Shown: in pieces, positions 1-8,803 of the stretch
Layout: every line of letters starts with the position of its first letter
Numbering within the stretch: position 1 is the stretch's first letter
DNA from: Armatimonadota bacterium
GTDB lineage: Bacteria; Armatimonadota; Fimbriimonadia; Fimbriimonadales; GBS-DC
DNA length: 28,907 bases
Assembly (NCBI GenBank): GCA_037444405.1
Contig: JBBIML010000033.1
Coordinates: 1 to 28,907, forward strand
Reading direction: 5' to 3'
The notes under the pieces: model-generated
Told to the model about the DNA's origin: nothing
The model's input: only the letters and a program-made list of their open reading frames with translations
Databases searched by the model: none
Program-made: the position numbers and the translations under genes

Positions 1-25
1 TTACGCCCCGTGAGGTCAGCGCGCC

Positions 26-2953
26 TCAACGCGAATACCGTATTGGCAACCGATGCTTCCAGCTGATGCGCCAGAGCGCCTTGCACGCTGCCTCGCGCAC
101 CCACCAATCCTCATCCTGCAGGCGCGAGATGAGGTGTGGCACCGCCGCACGATCGCCTATCGCCCCCAACGCCTCGCACGCTGCCTTGCGCACATCCTCA
201 TCCTCATCCTGCAGGCGCGGGATGAGTGCCAGCACGCTCAGCTTGCCAGCGGATTGCAGGGTAGGCAAAGTGTACTCGCTGAGCATGTTAGAGAAAAGAT
301 AGCGATGCACCACCCTCTCTGCCACCCTCTGGCGCACGGTCTCATTCGGCACGCGCCCGAAGCCCACCACTCGCGCCTGCAAAAACAGCATCGAGCCGAA
401 AATATCGTCTTTCTCCCGCTCCAATGCTTCCACCAGCGGCGTGGCGTCGTCCACCAGCCCCGCCAGGAAGGTCAACACTTCCCACCATTCGGGCTGGAAC
501 CAGAAGTGCTGGTGTATCTCGTCCAGCCGGTTCGGCTGCCGGCTGAGATGGCGCGCCGCGAGGAACTCCAGCAGGGAGCGGTGGGCGAAGCTCCACTGCC
601 CGTCGCCGCGACGGTCGTAGCCCGCGAACACCACCAGCCCCACCTGCTCCATACGCTCAAGCAGCTCACCTGGGGATATCCCCGCCACAGGCGCATTCTG
701 ACCGAAGGCTGACTCCCACTGGTGATAGGTGAACAGGTTGCTCTGGGGGTTGTTTTGGAACAGGTTCCAGGCGATTTGCTCCAGCGTTTTTGCAACCTGC
801 TCCTGCTGCACATTGCTCATCGGGCTGCTTACGCCGCGCCACTCGCCAGAGAGCAGCTTGCGAAACACATGGGCATACAGTTCGGCGTATGTGGCGTCTG
901 GGGGGAGCGCGTTTTCGCTGTGGAGCAGGCAGACAAAGGCGAGCATCAGGGGGGTTCGGCAGGCGTGGTACAGCGCGTAGTTGTCGTGCAGCTGTCTTAT
1001 CAGCTGGCTGGCGGCGGGCGACTCCGCGCCGAAGAATCGCTCCACCAGCCCACGCTGTGCCTTTCGGTCAAGGGGCGCCAGTTCGGCGGCTTCGGGCAGC
1101 GTTCGCCAGCCCAGCCACTCGCGCCGCTCGTCCCAGTGCATCGCGCGGCAGGTAACAACCACCGTGCCCCGCAGCCGCTCCAGGTGGAGGGCAATCTGGC
1201 GGAAGGCTTGCTCATGCTGGGGCTGGAGCTCATCGAGGGCGTCCACCACAATCAGGCAGCGCCCCTCGTCCAGCGCTTGCCGCAGCCACGCGTGAGCTTC
1301 TGGGGTGGCAGAGCAGAGGGCAGGCATCCCGTCTGTGAGGTTCGCCGCCGTAGAGGACGCCTCTGCCAGGCGGCGCGCGGTAATCCAGAAAGGAGCGGTC
1401 AGGTTTGTGATAGGCTCGCCGCGTTTCAGCCGTTCCAGCGCGTCGAGGGCGACCTGTCGCGCCCAATAGCGAGTGCTGAAGGTTTTGCCGCTGCCTGGCG
1501 CGCCAATCAGCGCGACGCGTTGCCCCGTGCTACGCCGTACAAACTCCTCCCAGCTGATGGCTTCCTTCGTTTCGCGATGCTCAGGCAGCTCATAGTGCGA
1601 GGCGCGTACCGCTTCGTAAGGGCTGAGCTTCTCGTCCTCGCGCTCTTGCTTCTCATGCTCCTGTCGCTGCCTCTCTTCTGGGGGCTTATGCACCAGCACC
1701 TGCAGTTGCGTGAACAGGTCGCTTGCGCAGAGCCGTCGACCCGAACGGTACCATGGCGTCTCGTCCAGCTGCGCAACAAGCGTTTCCAGGTAATTTTTCA
1801 CGGCGAACGCCTGGCGCGTGGCGTGCTGAAAGGCTTCTTCCAGTGTGGCAGCAGGGATCAGGCGACTCTCCCAGTCGGGCAGCTGGTTGCAGGCGCGTGG
1901 ATGGTCTGCTTGCGGTACCACCAGGCGCAGGCTGGGGTATCGGGCGAACGCGAGGGTTTTGGCGTCGTAGCGACCGACGGAAGTCAGCGCGCCGCTGTCA
2001 TTCAGGGCGCCGGTGAGGGCGCAATTGGGGTCGGGCGCGGGGCTGTCTGCCTGCAACGCCCACAGCCCCACGCCGAGCGCCGCGCCGACCGAAGAACCGC
2101 TGAGGGGGCACAGAAGCCAGAGAGCGTCTTCGCTCTTGTAGCGCGTCAATCTCCAGCGGACGGCGCGCTGCAGGTTGACAAGCTGCCACGCGCGTTCCAG
2201 CTGTTCCCCAAATTGCCCATCCCATCGAGTGGTCAGCATCAGGCGCGGGTCGGGATAGAGTTCGGGGAAGGGGGCGTCGGTGAGGCTTACGGTCATATTT
2301 GCCAGCACGCCGTCGCCGCCAGGCGTCGCCATCGGGAAGGGCGCCGCGACGGCGCGCAAGCCATCCGCCCACACGCGCCCACGATAGAACTGGAGCAGGT
2401 CATACAGGGGGTTCAGCAGCCACTGCGGGCAGTGGCTGTGAATCTGGCAGAGCATGTCCAGAAGGGGGTTTTCAGCAACCCAGCTTGGGGTGAGTTGCTG
2501 TGGGGGAGTGTCGGTGGGGTTCAGGAGGGCGGCAGCGCGCAGGAGCCACTCCGAGGCTTGCTGAAGACGCCCTTCGGGCGGTTCACTGGTCGCGTCCAAC
2601 GCGTGCGCGGCGAGGGCGGTCGCAAGCGCCCACCGAAAAACGCGCAGCGAATGCTCCCCCGAACACCCCCGACAGAGAGGGCAAGCACAGGCGAAGCCTT
2701 CGAAGTTGTAGTCCAGGTCGAGCAGGAAGGGGGGCATCGACGCGCTGTTTGCCAGCGTCCACCACTCCTGCAGTTTCTCTGGACAGTTCCGCAGGGCGGC
2801 GGCGATGGCGTCGAACAGATGCCCCTCCTCGAAGAGCGATTTGCGGGCGCAGGCGCTGCCCTCCTCGCCGATGTCGGGCTGGAGGGCAAGCGTCAACGCC
2901 TCAGCGTAGCGCGCCTGACCAATCGCGGTATTAAGCGCGTCTAACTGGCTCAT
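26..2953 (-). CDS. Lon(S16)-like protease domain + NACHT (STAND) NTPase + C-terminal HEAT repeats fusion protein
   Basis: NACHT motifs: Walker A GAPGSGKT, Walker [23 protein letters not shown], winged-helix [12 protein letters not shown]. Two HEAT repeats ([20 protein letters not shown] / [20 protein letters not shown]). Lon-like GSSVGAALG...[21 protein letters not shown]. Start placed at ATG 2953, which has GAGGGG upstream, instead of the track's 3001. Confidence 0.85.
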   Translation of the reverse strand: MSQLDALNTAIGQARYAEALTLALQPDIGEEGSACARKSLFEEGHLFDAIAAALRNCPEKLQEWWTLANSASMPPFLLDLDYNFEGFACACPLCRGCSGEHSLRVFRWALATALAAHALDATSEPPEGRLQQASEWLLRAAALLNPTDTPPQQLTPSWVAENPLLDMLCQIHSHCPQWLLNPLYDLLQFYRGRVWADGLRAVAAPFPMATPGGDGVLANMTVSLTDAPFPELYPDPRLMLTTRWDGQFGEQLERAWQLVNLQRAVRWRLTRYKSEDALWLLCPLSGSSVGAALGVGLWALQADSPAPDPNCALTGALNDSGALTSVGRYDAKTLAFARYPSLRLVVPQADHPRACNQLPDWESRLIPAATLEEAFQHATRQAFAVKNYLETLVAQLDETPWYRSGRRLCASDLFTQLQVLVHKPPEERQRQEHEKQEREDEKLSPYEAVRASHYELPEHRETKEAISWEEFVRRSTGQRVALIGAPGSGKTFSTRYWARQVALDALERLKRGEPITNLTAPFWITARRLAEASSTAANLTDGMPALCSATPEAHAWLRQALDEGRCLIVVDALDELQPQHEQAFRQIALHLERLRGTVVVTCRAMHWDERREWLGWRTLPEAAELAPLDRKAQRGLVERFFGAESPAASQLIRQLHDNYALYHACRTPLMLAFVCLLHSENALPPDATYAELYAHVFRKLLSGEWRGVSSPMSNVQQEQVAKTLEQIAWNLFQNNPQSNLFTYHQWESAFGQNAPVAGISPGELLERMEQVGLVVFAGYDRRGDGQWSFAHRSLLEFLAARHLSRQPNRLDEIHQHFWFQPEWWEVLTFLAGLVDDATPLVEALEREKDDIFGSMLFLQARVVGFGRVPNETVRQRVAERVVHRYLFSNMLSEYTLPTLQSAGKLSVLALIPRLQDEDEDVRKAACEALGAIGDRAAVPHLISRLQDEDWWVREAACKALWRISWKHRLPIRYSR
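75..226 (-). repeat. Imperfect direct repeat with 93-bp period encoding two HEAT repeats
   Basis: 75-133 and 168-226 are nearly identical (...gcacgctgcct.gcgcac...atcctcatcctgcaggcgcg.gatgag). Confidence 0.8.
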
Positions 2954-3525
2954 GGCTGGCTCAACCCCTCGTCTCTCAGCACATTGGGGAGCTGGCGCCA
3001 CCGCTCGCGATGGCGCGGAGCGAACTCGTCGGCATGCGCCTCAATCCAGCGATTCAGCGCGTCGATGGACGGCTTCGTGGGGGCGGCGCGCCACCTCTAC
3101 TGGAACACTTCAGGGTCGGCGTATCTCGGCACGATACGCGCAACCTCAGGGCAGCCGACGACCCTCCCCGGCAGGACTACCTTCGTGCTGTAGCGCCCCC
3201 ATGCGTTCGGCTTCGAAGGCATTATCACGAAGGCGGTCAACTCTTCCCGCACATTGCGCTCCGGCTGCGTAGCGTCGTACCACTGCCAGTAGCAGTGGAG
3301 CAGGGCGCCTCTCCACTCTTCGCCGCCCGACAGCACCACCTGCACATGCCCCTCGAAGGGTTCCAGAGTGATTTTAAGGTTCAGCCCCTCCGGGTTCCAT
3401 GTCTGTGGCAGTATGGCATCAGGGGGCGCCGCCTCAAGCGTGGGCGCTTCCTGCTGGCGCGGTCGGCGCAGAGCCGCCAGCAAACCCAGCAATTGCTCAT
3501 CGGTCAGAAAGTCCCGTGTTGCCAT
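2950..3525 (-). CDS. Hypothetical protein (candidate sigma partner / protease substrate) interrupted by an in-frame TAG at 3097-3099
   Basis: GGAGGT RBS precedes ATG 3525 ([13 protein letters not shown]). The frame stays open for 48 codons past the TAG, ending at a TGA (2952-2950) that overlaps the NACHT ATG as ATGA. Confidence 0.65.
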
Positions 3526-3542
3526 CTCAGTTACCTCCCGTC

Positions 3543-4190
3543 TCAAATTAGCGCGTTCTGCTGGCAAAACTGTACCAGTTCAGGGCAATTCCTTAGGTTC
3601 TCCAGGAGATAGTTGAATCGTTGCCGTGCGTTATCATGGCTGATGCAGAGCAGGCGCGCAACCTGCGTGAAATCCAGCTCCTCTACCGCTCTGAGATAGA
3701 GAATCTGCCAGTCCAGATCGTTGTTCAGGCACTGCCTGATAATCTGGAAGAGTTGCGTCCTGACATCATCGTCAAGGGCTGGCGCGAATTGGCAGGGAGC
3801 GGGAATGTCCCACTCCTGATCCTCTTCCGGTTCCATTTCTGGGTTCAATGGGACTTCGCGCCGAGCAGCGAGTCTTCTGAATGCCTCAGAGACTCTACCG
3901 CGCAGCACGACGCAGAGATAGATTCCAGGCCCTGCCTCGTGCTCATACTGCTCCCACAGCTGGCGCAGGCGCTCTTGCTCGATGGCGCGGCATACCGTGT
4001 CCCGCACGACATCTTCCACTTCCGCTGCTGGTAAGTTAGGATACCGCCCTCTCACGATTTGTTCCAGCGCGCTGGCTGCCTGATTAAGGATTGTAGCAGC
4101 CACTTCCCACGCACCTTCGTCGCCCTGTTGGGCAAACTGCTCCAGCGCCTTGCAGAACCGTGTCCGTTCCTCGTCACTGAACATCGCCAT
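3543..4190 (-). CDS. ECF-type sigma-70 family RNA polymerase sigma factor (divergent)
   Basis: AQQGDEGAWE start, region-2-like AEVEDVVRDTV, region-4 HTH ILYLRAVEELDFTQVARLLCISHDNARQR. GGAGGG RBS before ATG 4190. Confidence 0.75.
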   Translation of the reverse strand: MAMFSDEERTRFCKALEQFAQQGDEGAWEVAATILNQAASALEQIVRGRYPNLPAAEVEDVVRDTVCRAIEQERLRQLWEQYEHEAGPGIYLCVVLRGRVSEAFRRLAARREVPLNPEMEPEEDQEWDIPAPCQFAPALDDDVRTQLFQIIRQCLNNDLDWQILYLRAVEELDFTQVARLLCISHDNARQRFNYLLENLRNCPELVQFCQQNALI

Positions 4191-4256
4191 GCTTCCCTCC
4201 CGCATAGAAAGGGTTTTCCCGTTAGCAGGATTCGCCATGATGGCGCGGAATCCTGC

Positions 4257-4820
4257 TTAATCGTCGCTCTCGTCGCTCTTTTTGCGGAGGAGCGAGCGGG
4301 TTTCCTCGATCGCGTAGAAGTGGCTGGCGACCACGCGAAGGAGGGGCGAGACATGATTCTTGTAGCTGATGACGGTGACCTCGATCTCACGCCCCCGAAG
4401 CCACTCGGCGATGCGCACAAAATCGCCGTCGCCTGTGCAGATGACCACCATGTCGCCCTGCTTCAGGCGGTGCCGCTCGACGGCGCGTCCGAGCCAGAAC
4501 GCCATCTCCACATCGGCGTTGCACTTCAGATCCCCGTTGCCATTGTGAATGGGGTTGACGCGATGCACCTCAAAACCTGTCTGGCTGAGCATCAGCTGGA
4601 GGTTGATAGTCTCCGGCTTGTCCGTCACGAAAGCAGCCGCTTTTTCCACACGCCCAAACTGCTGACAGAACTTCAGCAAGGCGTCATAATCCACGCGTAG
4701 AGTCGGGTGAATCATGTTCTGGGTATCCACGACCATTAGCACCTTGCGGGTGCAGGCAGAACGCCTGGCGTTCTGCCCATCAGTGTTGCGATTCTTCGCC
4801 ATCGGTTCTACCAGAGTCAT
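4257..4820 (-). CDS. NYN domain (LabA/DUF88, PIN-like) nuclease
   Basis: Acidic motifs VVDTQN, KCNADVEMA, ICTGDGDF, followed by LRGREIEVTVI and SPLLRVVASHF. GGAGGTGA RBS before ATG 4820. Confidence 0.85.
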   Translation of the reverse strand: MTLVEPMAKNRNTDGQNARRSACTRKVLMVVDTQNMIHPTLRVDYDALLKFCQQFGRVEKAAAFVTDKPETINLQLMLSQTGFEVHRVNPIHNGNGDLKCNADVEMAFWLGRAVERHRLKQGDMVVICTGDGDFVRIAEWLRGREIEVTVISYKNHVSPLLRVVASHFYAIEETRSLLRKKSDESDD

Positions 4821-4845
4821 CGTTGTCTTCACCTCCATCATGTAA

Positions 4846-5310
4846 TTAAGGCGTCTGGGGTTCCAGTGTGAAATTTGGGCGTTGCGACTGGAGCATGCTG
4901 GCGAGCGATTCATCCCCGCCACCTGCATGGGGACAGAGGCAGGGCGATAGAGGGCGTGCAGGGTTCACCGTGCGCAGGTGAGGGACGGCGCCCTCATAGG
5001 TGAGGCGGAGCCAGCAGCTGGTGTGCAGCCGTGCGCTGAGGTAGTCTTCCAGCATGCGCAGGGCAAGCCCCGTCGCAATCTGGTTGAGCGTGCGCAGGCT
5101 GCCCCGTCGCTCGCGGCGCCATTCACGCTGGAGTTGGTCAGCGTGTTCCGTCTGCGCCCCCGCGCGGATAGCAGCGATGTGGTCTTCGCGCGCGACGCCG
5201 CCCGTGCAGAGGGCGCCCGTGAGTCGATTCACAACCATAACGCCTTTGCGGTCTGCGAGTCGCCGCGCGGGAAGTGAGAAGGTGGGCGGGAAGGGTACCG
5301 ACTGCATCAT
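4846..5310 (-). CDS. Hypothetical protein
   Basis: 154-aa ORF filling the gap between the receiver ORF and NYN. It starts immediately after, and in frame with, the TAG of the upstream ORF. No recognisable motif. Confidence 0.45.
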   Translation of the reverse strand: MMQSVPFPPTFSLPARRLADRKGVMVVNRLTGALCTGGVAREDHIAAIRAGAQTEHADQLQREWRRERRGSLRTLNQIATGLALRMLEDYLSARLHTSCWLRLTYEGAVPHLRTVNPARPLSPCLCPHAGGGDESLASMLQSQRPNFTLEPQTP

Positions 5311-6022
5311 CTACGATGGATGCAGACTAACGACAGTCACTTCTTGCTGGGACTGTACCTGCACAACGATTTGCTGGGAACGCTGGAGCGACGCCTGTTG
5401 GAGCTTCATCTGGTGACCCCGCTGCTCACGCTCGACGAGACTCTGAGCCAGCTGCTGCAAGATGGATTTATCGGGCGGCTTGTAGAGATAGTCGTATGCC
5501 CCTGCCCGGAAGGCTTCGCGTGTGGTTTCGAACCCAACTGCATGGGCAGTCACGATAATGTAGAGCGGTTCGGGAAAATGCTGCTTGAGAGTCTTCAGCA
5601 CCGAGACACCGCCCGTGTTGGCAGGCTCATCTTCCTGCAGGCAGGTGTCAATCAATACGAGGTGGGGGCGGCGGTGGTTCAACAGCTCAAAGGCAGTTTC
5701 GAGGTTGTTTGCGTAGAACCACTCAAAGTCAGGGAGCTGCTCTTGGAGCGCCTGATAGAAATCGGGCAGGTCATCGTAGACGAGAATGCGGGGGCGCAGG
5801 GGCGTCGATTCTGGTTCATCGGAGTGCAGGCGAAGATAAAGTGTTTGAATCTGGTCCCACTGAGCGGAGAGCTGGATTTTTGTGCGTCGTATCAGTGGTC
5901 GTAGTACCTGTTCAATCCGACGCTGGATATCTTCAGGTCCTGCAGTACCGTTGGCTTGAAGGAGCCACTCTATGAGTACTGGGTCGTACTGTAGGAGCTT
6001 ACCCTCGCTTTTGTGAAACTGG
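5311..6022 (-). pseudogene. Response-regulator receiver-domain protein lacking its 5' end
   Basis: The frame is open from 6057 and reads ...RILVYDDLPDF...PHLVLIDTCL...IIVTAH...AFRAGAYDYLYKP, a complete receiver domain. There is no ATG/GTG/TTG upstream of the domain; the first TTG (5682) lies inside it. Confidence 0.65.
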
Positions 6023-6298
6023 ATAGTTGATGTACCCCATCGCCAGCAGAAGCCCGTTCAGGCGATCGGCGGGCGTCTCGTCGATCGGCGCATGTAGCAG
6101 TTTGGGCACTTTGAATGAAAGGCTCTGCTTCTCCACTATCGGGTCAATCGTTAGCGTGTACCCCTCATGATCTTCGGAGCGGCGCCATCCCGTGTGAATA
6201 ATGCCCTCCTGCTCGAAGGGTTCCTCCACTGCCTTGTATCGGCTCCAGCCGAACCGCTCCAGATAGTCCGTCAGCATCTTCAGAGTCACCTGTGACAT
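5999..6298 (-). CDS. YbjN/T3SS-chaperone-like protein, probably 3'-truncated
   Basis: AGGAGG RBS before ATG 6298 (MSQVTLKMLTDYLERFGW). Ends LLLAMGYINY-PVSQKRG*, 99 aa, shorter than expected for this fold. Family call is from resemblance only. Confidence 0.5.
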   Translation of the reverse strand: MSQVTLKMLTDYLERFGWSRYKAVEEPFEQEGIIHTGWRRSEDHEGYTLTIDPIVEKQSLSFKVPKLLHAPIDETPADRLNGLLLAMGYINYPVSQKRG

Positions 6299-6572
6299 GG
6301 CCCTATCCTCCTGTGCAGACTGGTACCTTTTTATACCCCGTTCTGCAAAAATTACAAAGCCCTCCTCGCCCAGCAGCAACTGAAAGGTCGCAGGACGCCG
6401 CCGATGCCGACACACCCCACAACGCCCCAAACACTGCCAGGCCTTCGGCGCCGAGGCGTTGGTGCAGACGAGTTTCCATCTGTTCCACGAGGGAGCGGTT
6501 CGGTTCCATCGTACTAAGATTGTAGCCCATAAGGGCTAAAATTGATGCGGATGGATTCTACTACGGGTGGGG

Positions 6573-6578
6573 TATAAT
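6573..6578 (+). promoter_or_regulatory. -10 box TATAAT 8 nt upstream of the GTG start (candidate leaderless promoter)
   Basis: GGGGTATAATccctgctgGTG, with no SD sequence. Confidence 0.55.
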
Positions 6579-6586
6579 CCCTGCTG

Positions 6587-7015
6587 GTGAATCGCAAAAT
6601 CGGTGGGAATGTCTCGGTGGAGGACTATCTGAAGGCGATCCTGCGCCTGTCCGAGGGTGGGGAACCTGTCAGCACAACCGCACTGGCACAGCATCTGGCT
6701 TGCACGCCTGCGGCAGTATCGCAGATGTGCAAATCGCTGGCACAGCAGGGGCTGGTGCGCCATCAGCCGTACCGGGGCGTGCGCCTGACCAAGCAGGGAC
6801 GCGCCTACGCCGAAGAGATCGTGCGCCATCACCGCCTGCTGGAGCGCTACCTGTGCGAGCATCTCGGCTTCAGCCCCGAAGCGGCTCATGCCGAAGCCGA
6901 ACGACTGGAGCATCACATCTCCGAAGAGTTCGAAGACCGCATCGCCCGCTTGATGAACGAGCCTGAGACCTGCCCGCACGGACAGCCCATCCCACCCAAG
7001 CGACCTGTCAGGTAA
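6587..7015 (+). CDS. mntR: DtxR/MntR family metal-dependent transcriptional regulator (no FeoA domain)
   Basis: EDYLKAI, HHRLLERYL, EAERLEHHIS, CPHGQPIP motifs. Confidence 0.88.
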   Translation: MNRKIGGNVSVEDYLKAILRLSEGGEPVSTTALAQHLACTPAAVSQMCKSLAQQGLVRHQPYRGVRLTKQGRAYAEEIVRHHRLLERYLCEHLGFSPEAAHAEAERLEHHISEEFEDRIARLMNEPETCPHGQPIPPKRPVR

Positions 7016-7025
7016 AATCACCGCC

Positions 7026-7844
7026 ATGCAACGGCGAGCGGCTGTGCAGATCAACGCGGAGCAGTGGGTGCAGTGCGCCAGATGCAAAAAGATTATTTTT
7101 AAAAACGACTTTGAGCGCGCGCTGCGGGTCTGCAGCCACTGCGGGCATCATCACCGCCTGCGCGCCCGCGAGCGAATCGCCATCACGGTGGACCCCGACA
7201 GCTTCACGGAGATGGACACCGAACTCATTTCCGACGACCCGCTCGCCTTTCCCGACTATCCCGACAAGTTAGCGAAAGGGCGGCAGGCAACGGGTGAGCA
7301 GGAGGCTATCGTCACGGGCACGGCGCAGATTGGCGGCCTGCCCGTTGTGCTGGGCGTGATGGATTTCGCCTTCATGGGGGGCAGCATGGGGTCGGTGGTG
7401 GGCGAGAAGGTGGTGCGCTGCTTCGAACGCGCGGTTGATGAGCGTCGCCCTGTGCTGATGTTCTGCGCATCGGGCGGGGCGCGCATGCAGGAAGGGCTGA
7501 TTTCATTGATGCAGATGGCGAAAACCACCGCTGCCGTCGCCCGCCACCACCGCGCAGGGCTGCCCTACCTGGCGGTGTTCACCGATCCGACGATGGCGGG
7601 CGTGTTAGCCAGCTTCGCCTCACTCGCTGATGTGATTCTCGCCGAGCCGGGCGCACTGGTCGGCTTCGCGGGTCAGCGGGTCGCTGCGCAAGCCAGCGTC
7701 GGCAAAACGCCCGCGAACTTCCAGACCGCCGAGTTCCAGCACGAACACGGCATGATCGACCTCATCGTGCCACGCCGTCAGGTGCGCCCCACGCTCATCT
7801 ACCTGCTGGAGATGCTCCAGAGCGACGCGGGAGGGCGACCATGA
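7026..7844 (+). CDS. accD: Acetyl-CoA carboxylase carboxyltransferase beta subunit
   Basis: Zinc finger CARC...CSHC, FMGGSMGSVVGEK, SGGARMQEG, FQTAEF. Confidence 0.97.
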   Translation: MQRRAAVQINAEQWVQCARCKKIIFKNDFERALRVCSHCGHHHRLRARERIAITVDPDSFTEMDTELISDDPLAFPDYPDKLAKGRQATGEQEAIVTGTAQIGGLPVVLGVMDFAFMGGSMGSVVGEKVVRCFERAVDERRPVLMFCASGGARMQEGLISLMQMAKTTAAVARHHRAGLPYLAVFTDPTMAGVLASFASLADVILAEPGALVGFAGQRVAAQASVGKTPANFQTAEFQHEHGMIDLIVPRRQVRPTLIYLLEMLQSDAGGRP

Positions 7845-8797
7845 CCATCTTCGATTTTGAGAAGCCCATCACCGAGCTGGAGAATGCCATTGAGGAGCTG
7901 CGGCGGCTGGCAGCCGAGAAGGGGCTGGACCGCTCGAAAGAGATTGCCGAGCTGGAAAGCCAGCGTGAACGGCTCCTGCGCCAGATTTTCGCGCACCTGA
8001 AGCCGTGGGATAAGGTGCTGCTGGCACGCCATCCCAAACGACCATATGCGATGGACTACATCCGATTGATGTGTGAGCAGTTTCTGGAGCTGCACGGCGA
8101 CCGTCTGGGCTTTGATGACCCTGCGATTGTGGCGGGGCTGGCACGGCTGGGACGCTATCGGCTGGTTATTGTGGGTCAGCAGAAGGGGCGCGACCTGAAG
8201 GAGCGTCAGCGGCGCAACTTCGGCATGGCAAAGCCCGAAGGCTACCGCAAGGCGATGCGGATGTTTGCACTTGCCGAGAAGTTCCGCCTGCCCGTGCTGA
8301 CGCTGGTCGATACGCCCGCTGCCGATCCGGGCGTCGAATCGGAGGCGCGGGGCATCAGCGAGGCGATTGCCCGCTCGATGCTGACGCTGTTCGATCTCAC
8401 CGTGCCCACCGTGTCGGTCATTCTGGGCGAGGGAGGCAGCGGCGGCGCAATCGCGCTGGCAGCGACCAACCGTGTGCTGATGCTGGAACACGCCATCTAT
8501 TCGGTAATTCCGCCCGAAGGCTGCGCGGCGATCCTGTGGCGCGACCCGAACCGCGCGGCGCAAGCAGCCGAAGCGCTGCGCCTGACCGCCGAAGACGCCC
8601 TGCAGATGGGATTGATCGATCTGATTATTCCCGAACCGCTCGGCGCCGCCCATCGCGACCCGCAGACCACCGCGCTCAGCGTTCGCACCGCCGTGCTCCA
8701 GCAGCTGGACGAGTTGAGCGCGCTCTCGCCCGACGCCCTGCGCGAGCAACGCTACCAGCGATTCCGCCAGATGGGCGTGTACCAGACCATCCGCTGA
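7841..8797 (+). CDS. accA: Acetyl-CoA carboxylase carboxyltransferase alpha subunit
   Basis: DFEKPI, ARHPKRP, ELHGDR, RNFGMAKPEGYRKA, GEGGSGGA, YSVIPPEGCAAILW. ATGA overlap with accD. Confidence 0.97.
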   Translation: MTIFDFEKPITELENAIEELRRLAAEKGLDRSKEIAELESQRERLLRQIFAHLKPWDKVLLARHPKRPYAMDYIRLMCEQFLELHGDRLGFDDPAIVAGLARLGRYRLVIVGQQKGRDLKERQRRNFGMAKPEGYRKAMRMFALAEKFRLPVLTLVDTPAADPGVESEARGISEAIARSMLTLFDLTVPTVSVILGEGGSGGAIALAATNRVLMLEHAIYSVIPPEGCAAILWRDPNRAAQAAEALRLTAEDALQMGLIDLIIPEPLGAAHRDPQTTALSVRTAVLQQLDELSALSPDALREQRYQRFRQMGVYQTIR

Positions 8798-8803
8798 AAA
8801 AAA

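Noticed and set aside
722..2944. 740-aa plus-strand ORF, and similar long antisense ORFs at 7799-8749, 9287-10837, 11671-12801 and 15197-16162
   Set aside because: Shadow ORFs opposite clearly recognisable genes in GC-rich DNA, with no motifs of their own.
3097..5313. Genome-wide TAG reassignment to explain the in-frame ambers
   Set aside because: tyrA, nuoL, the antiporter and the DUF4091 gene all end with TAG at their expected C-termini.
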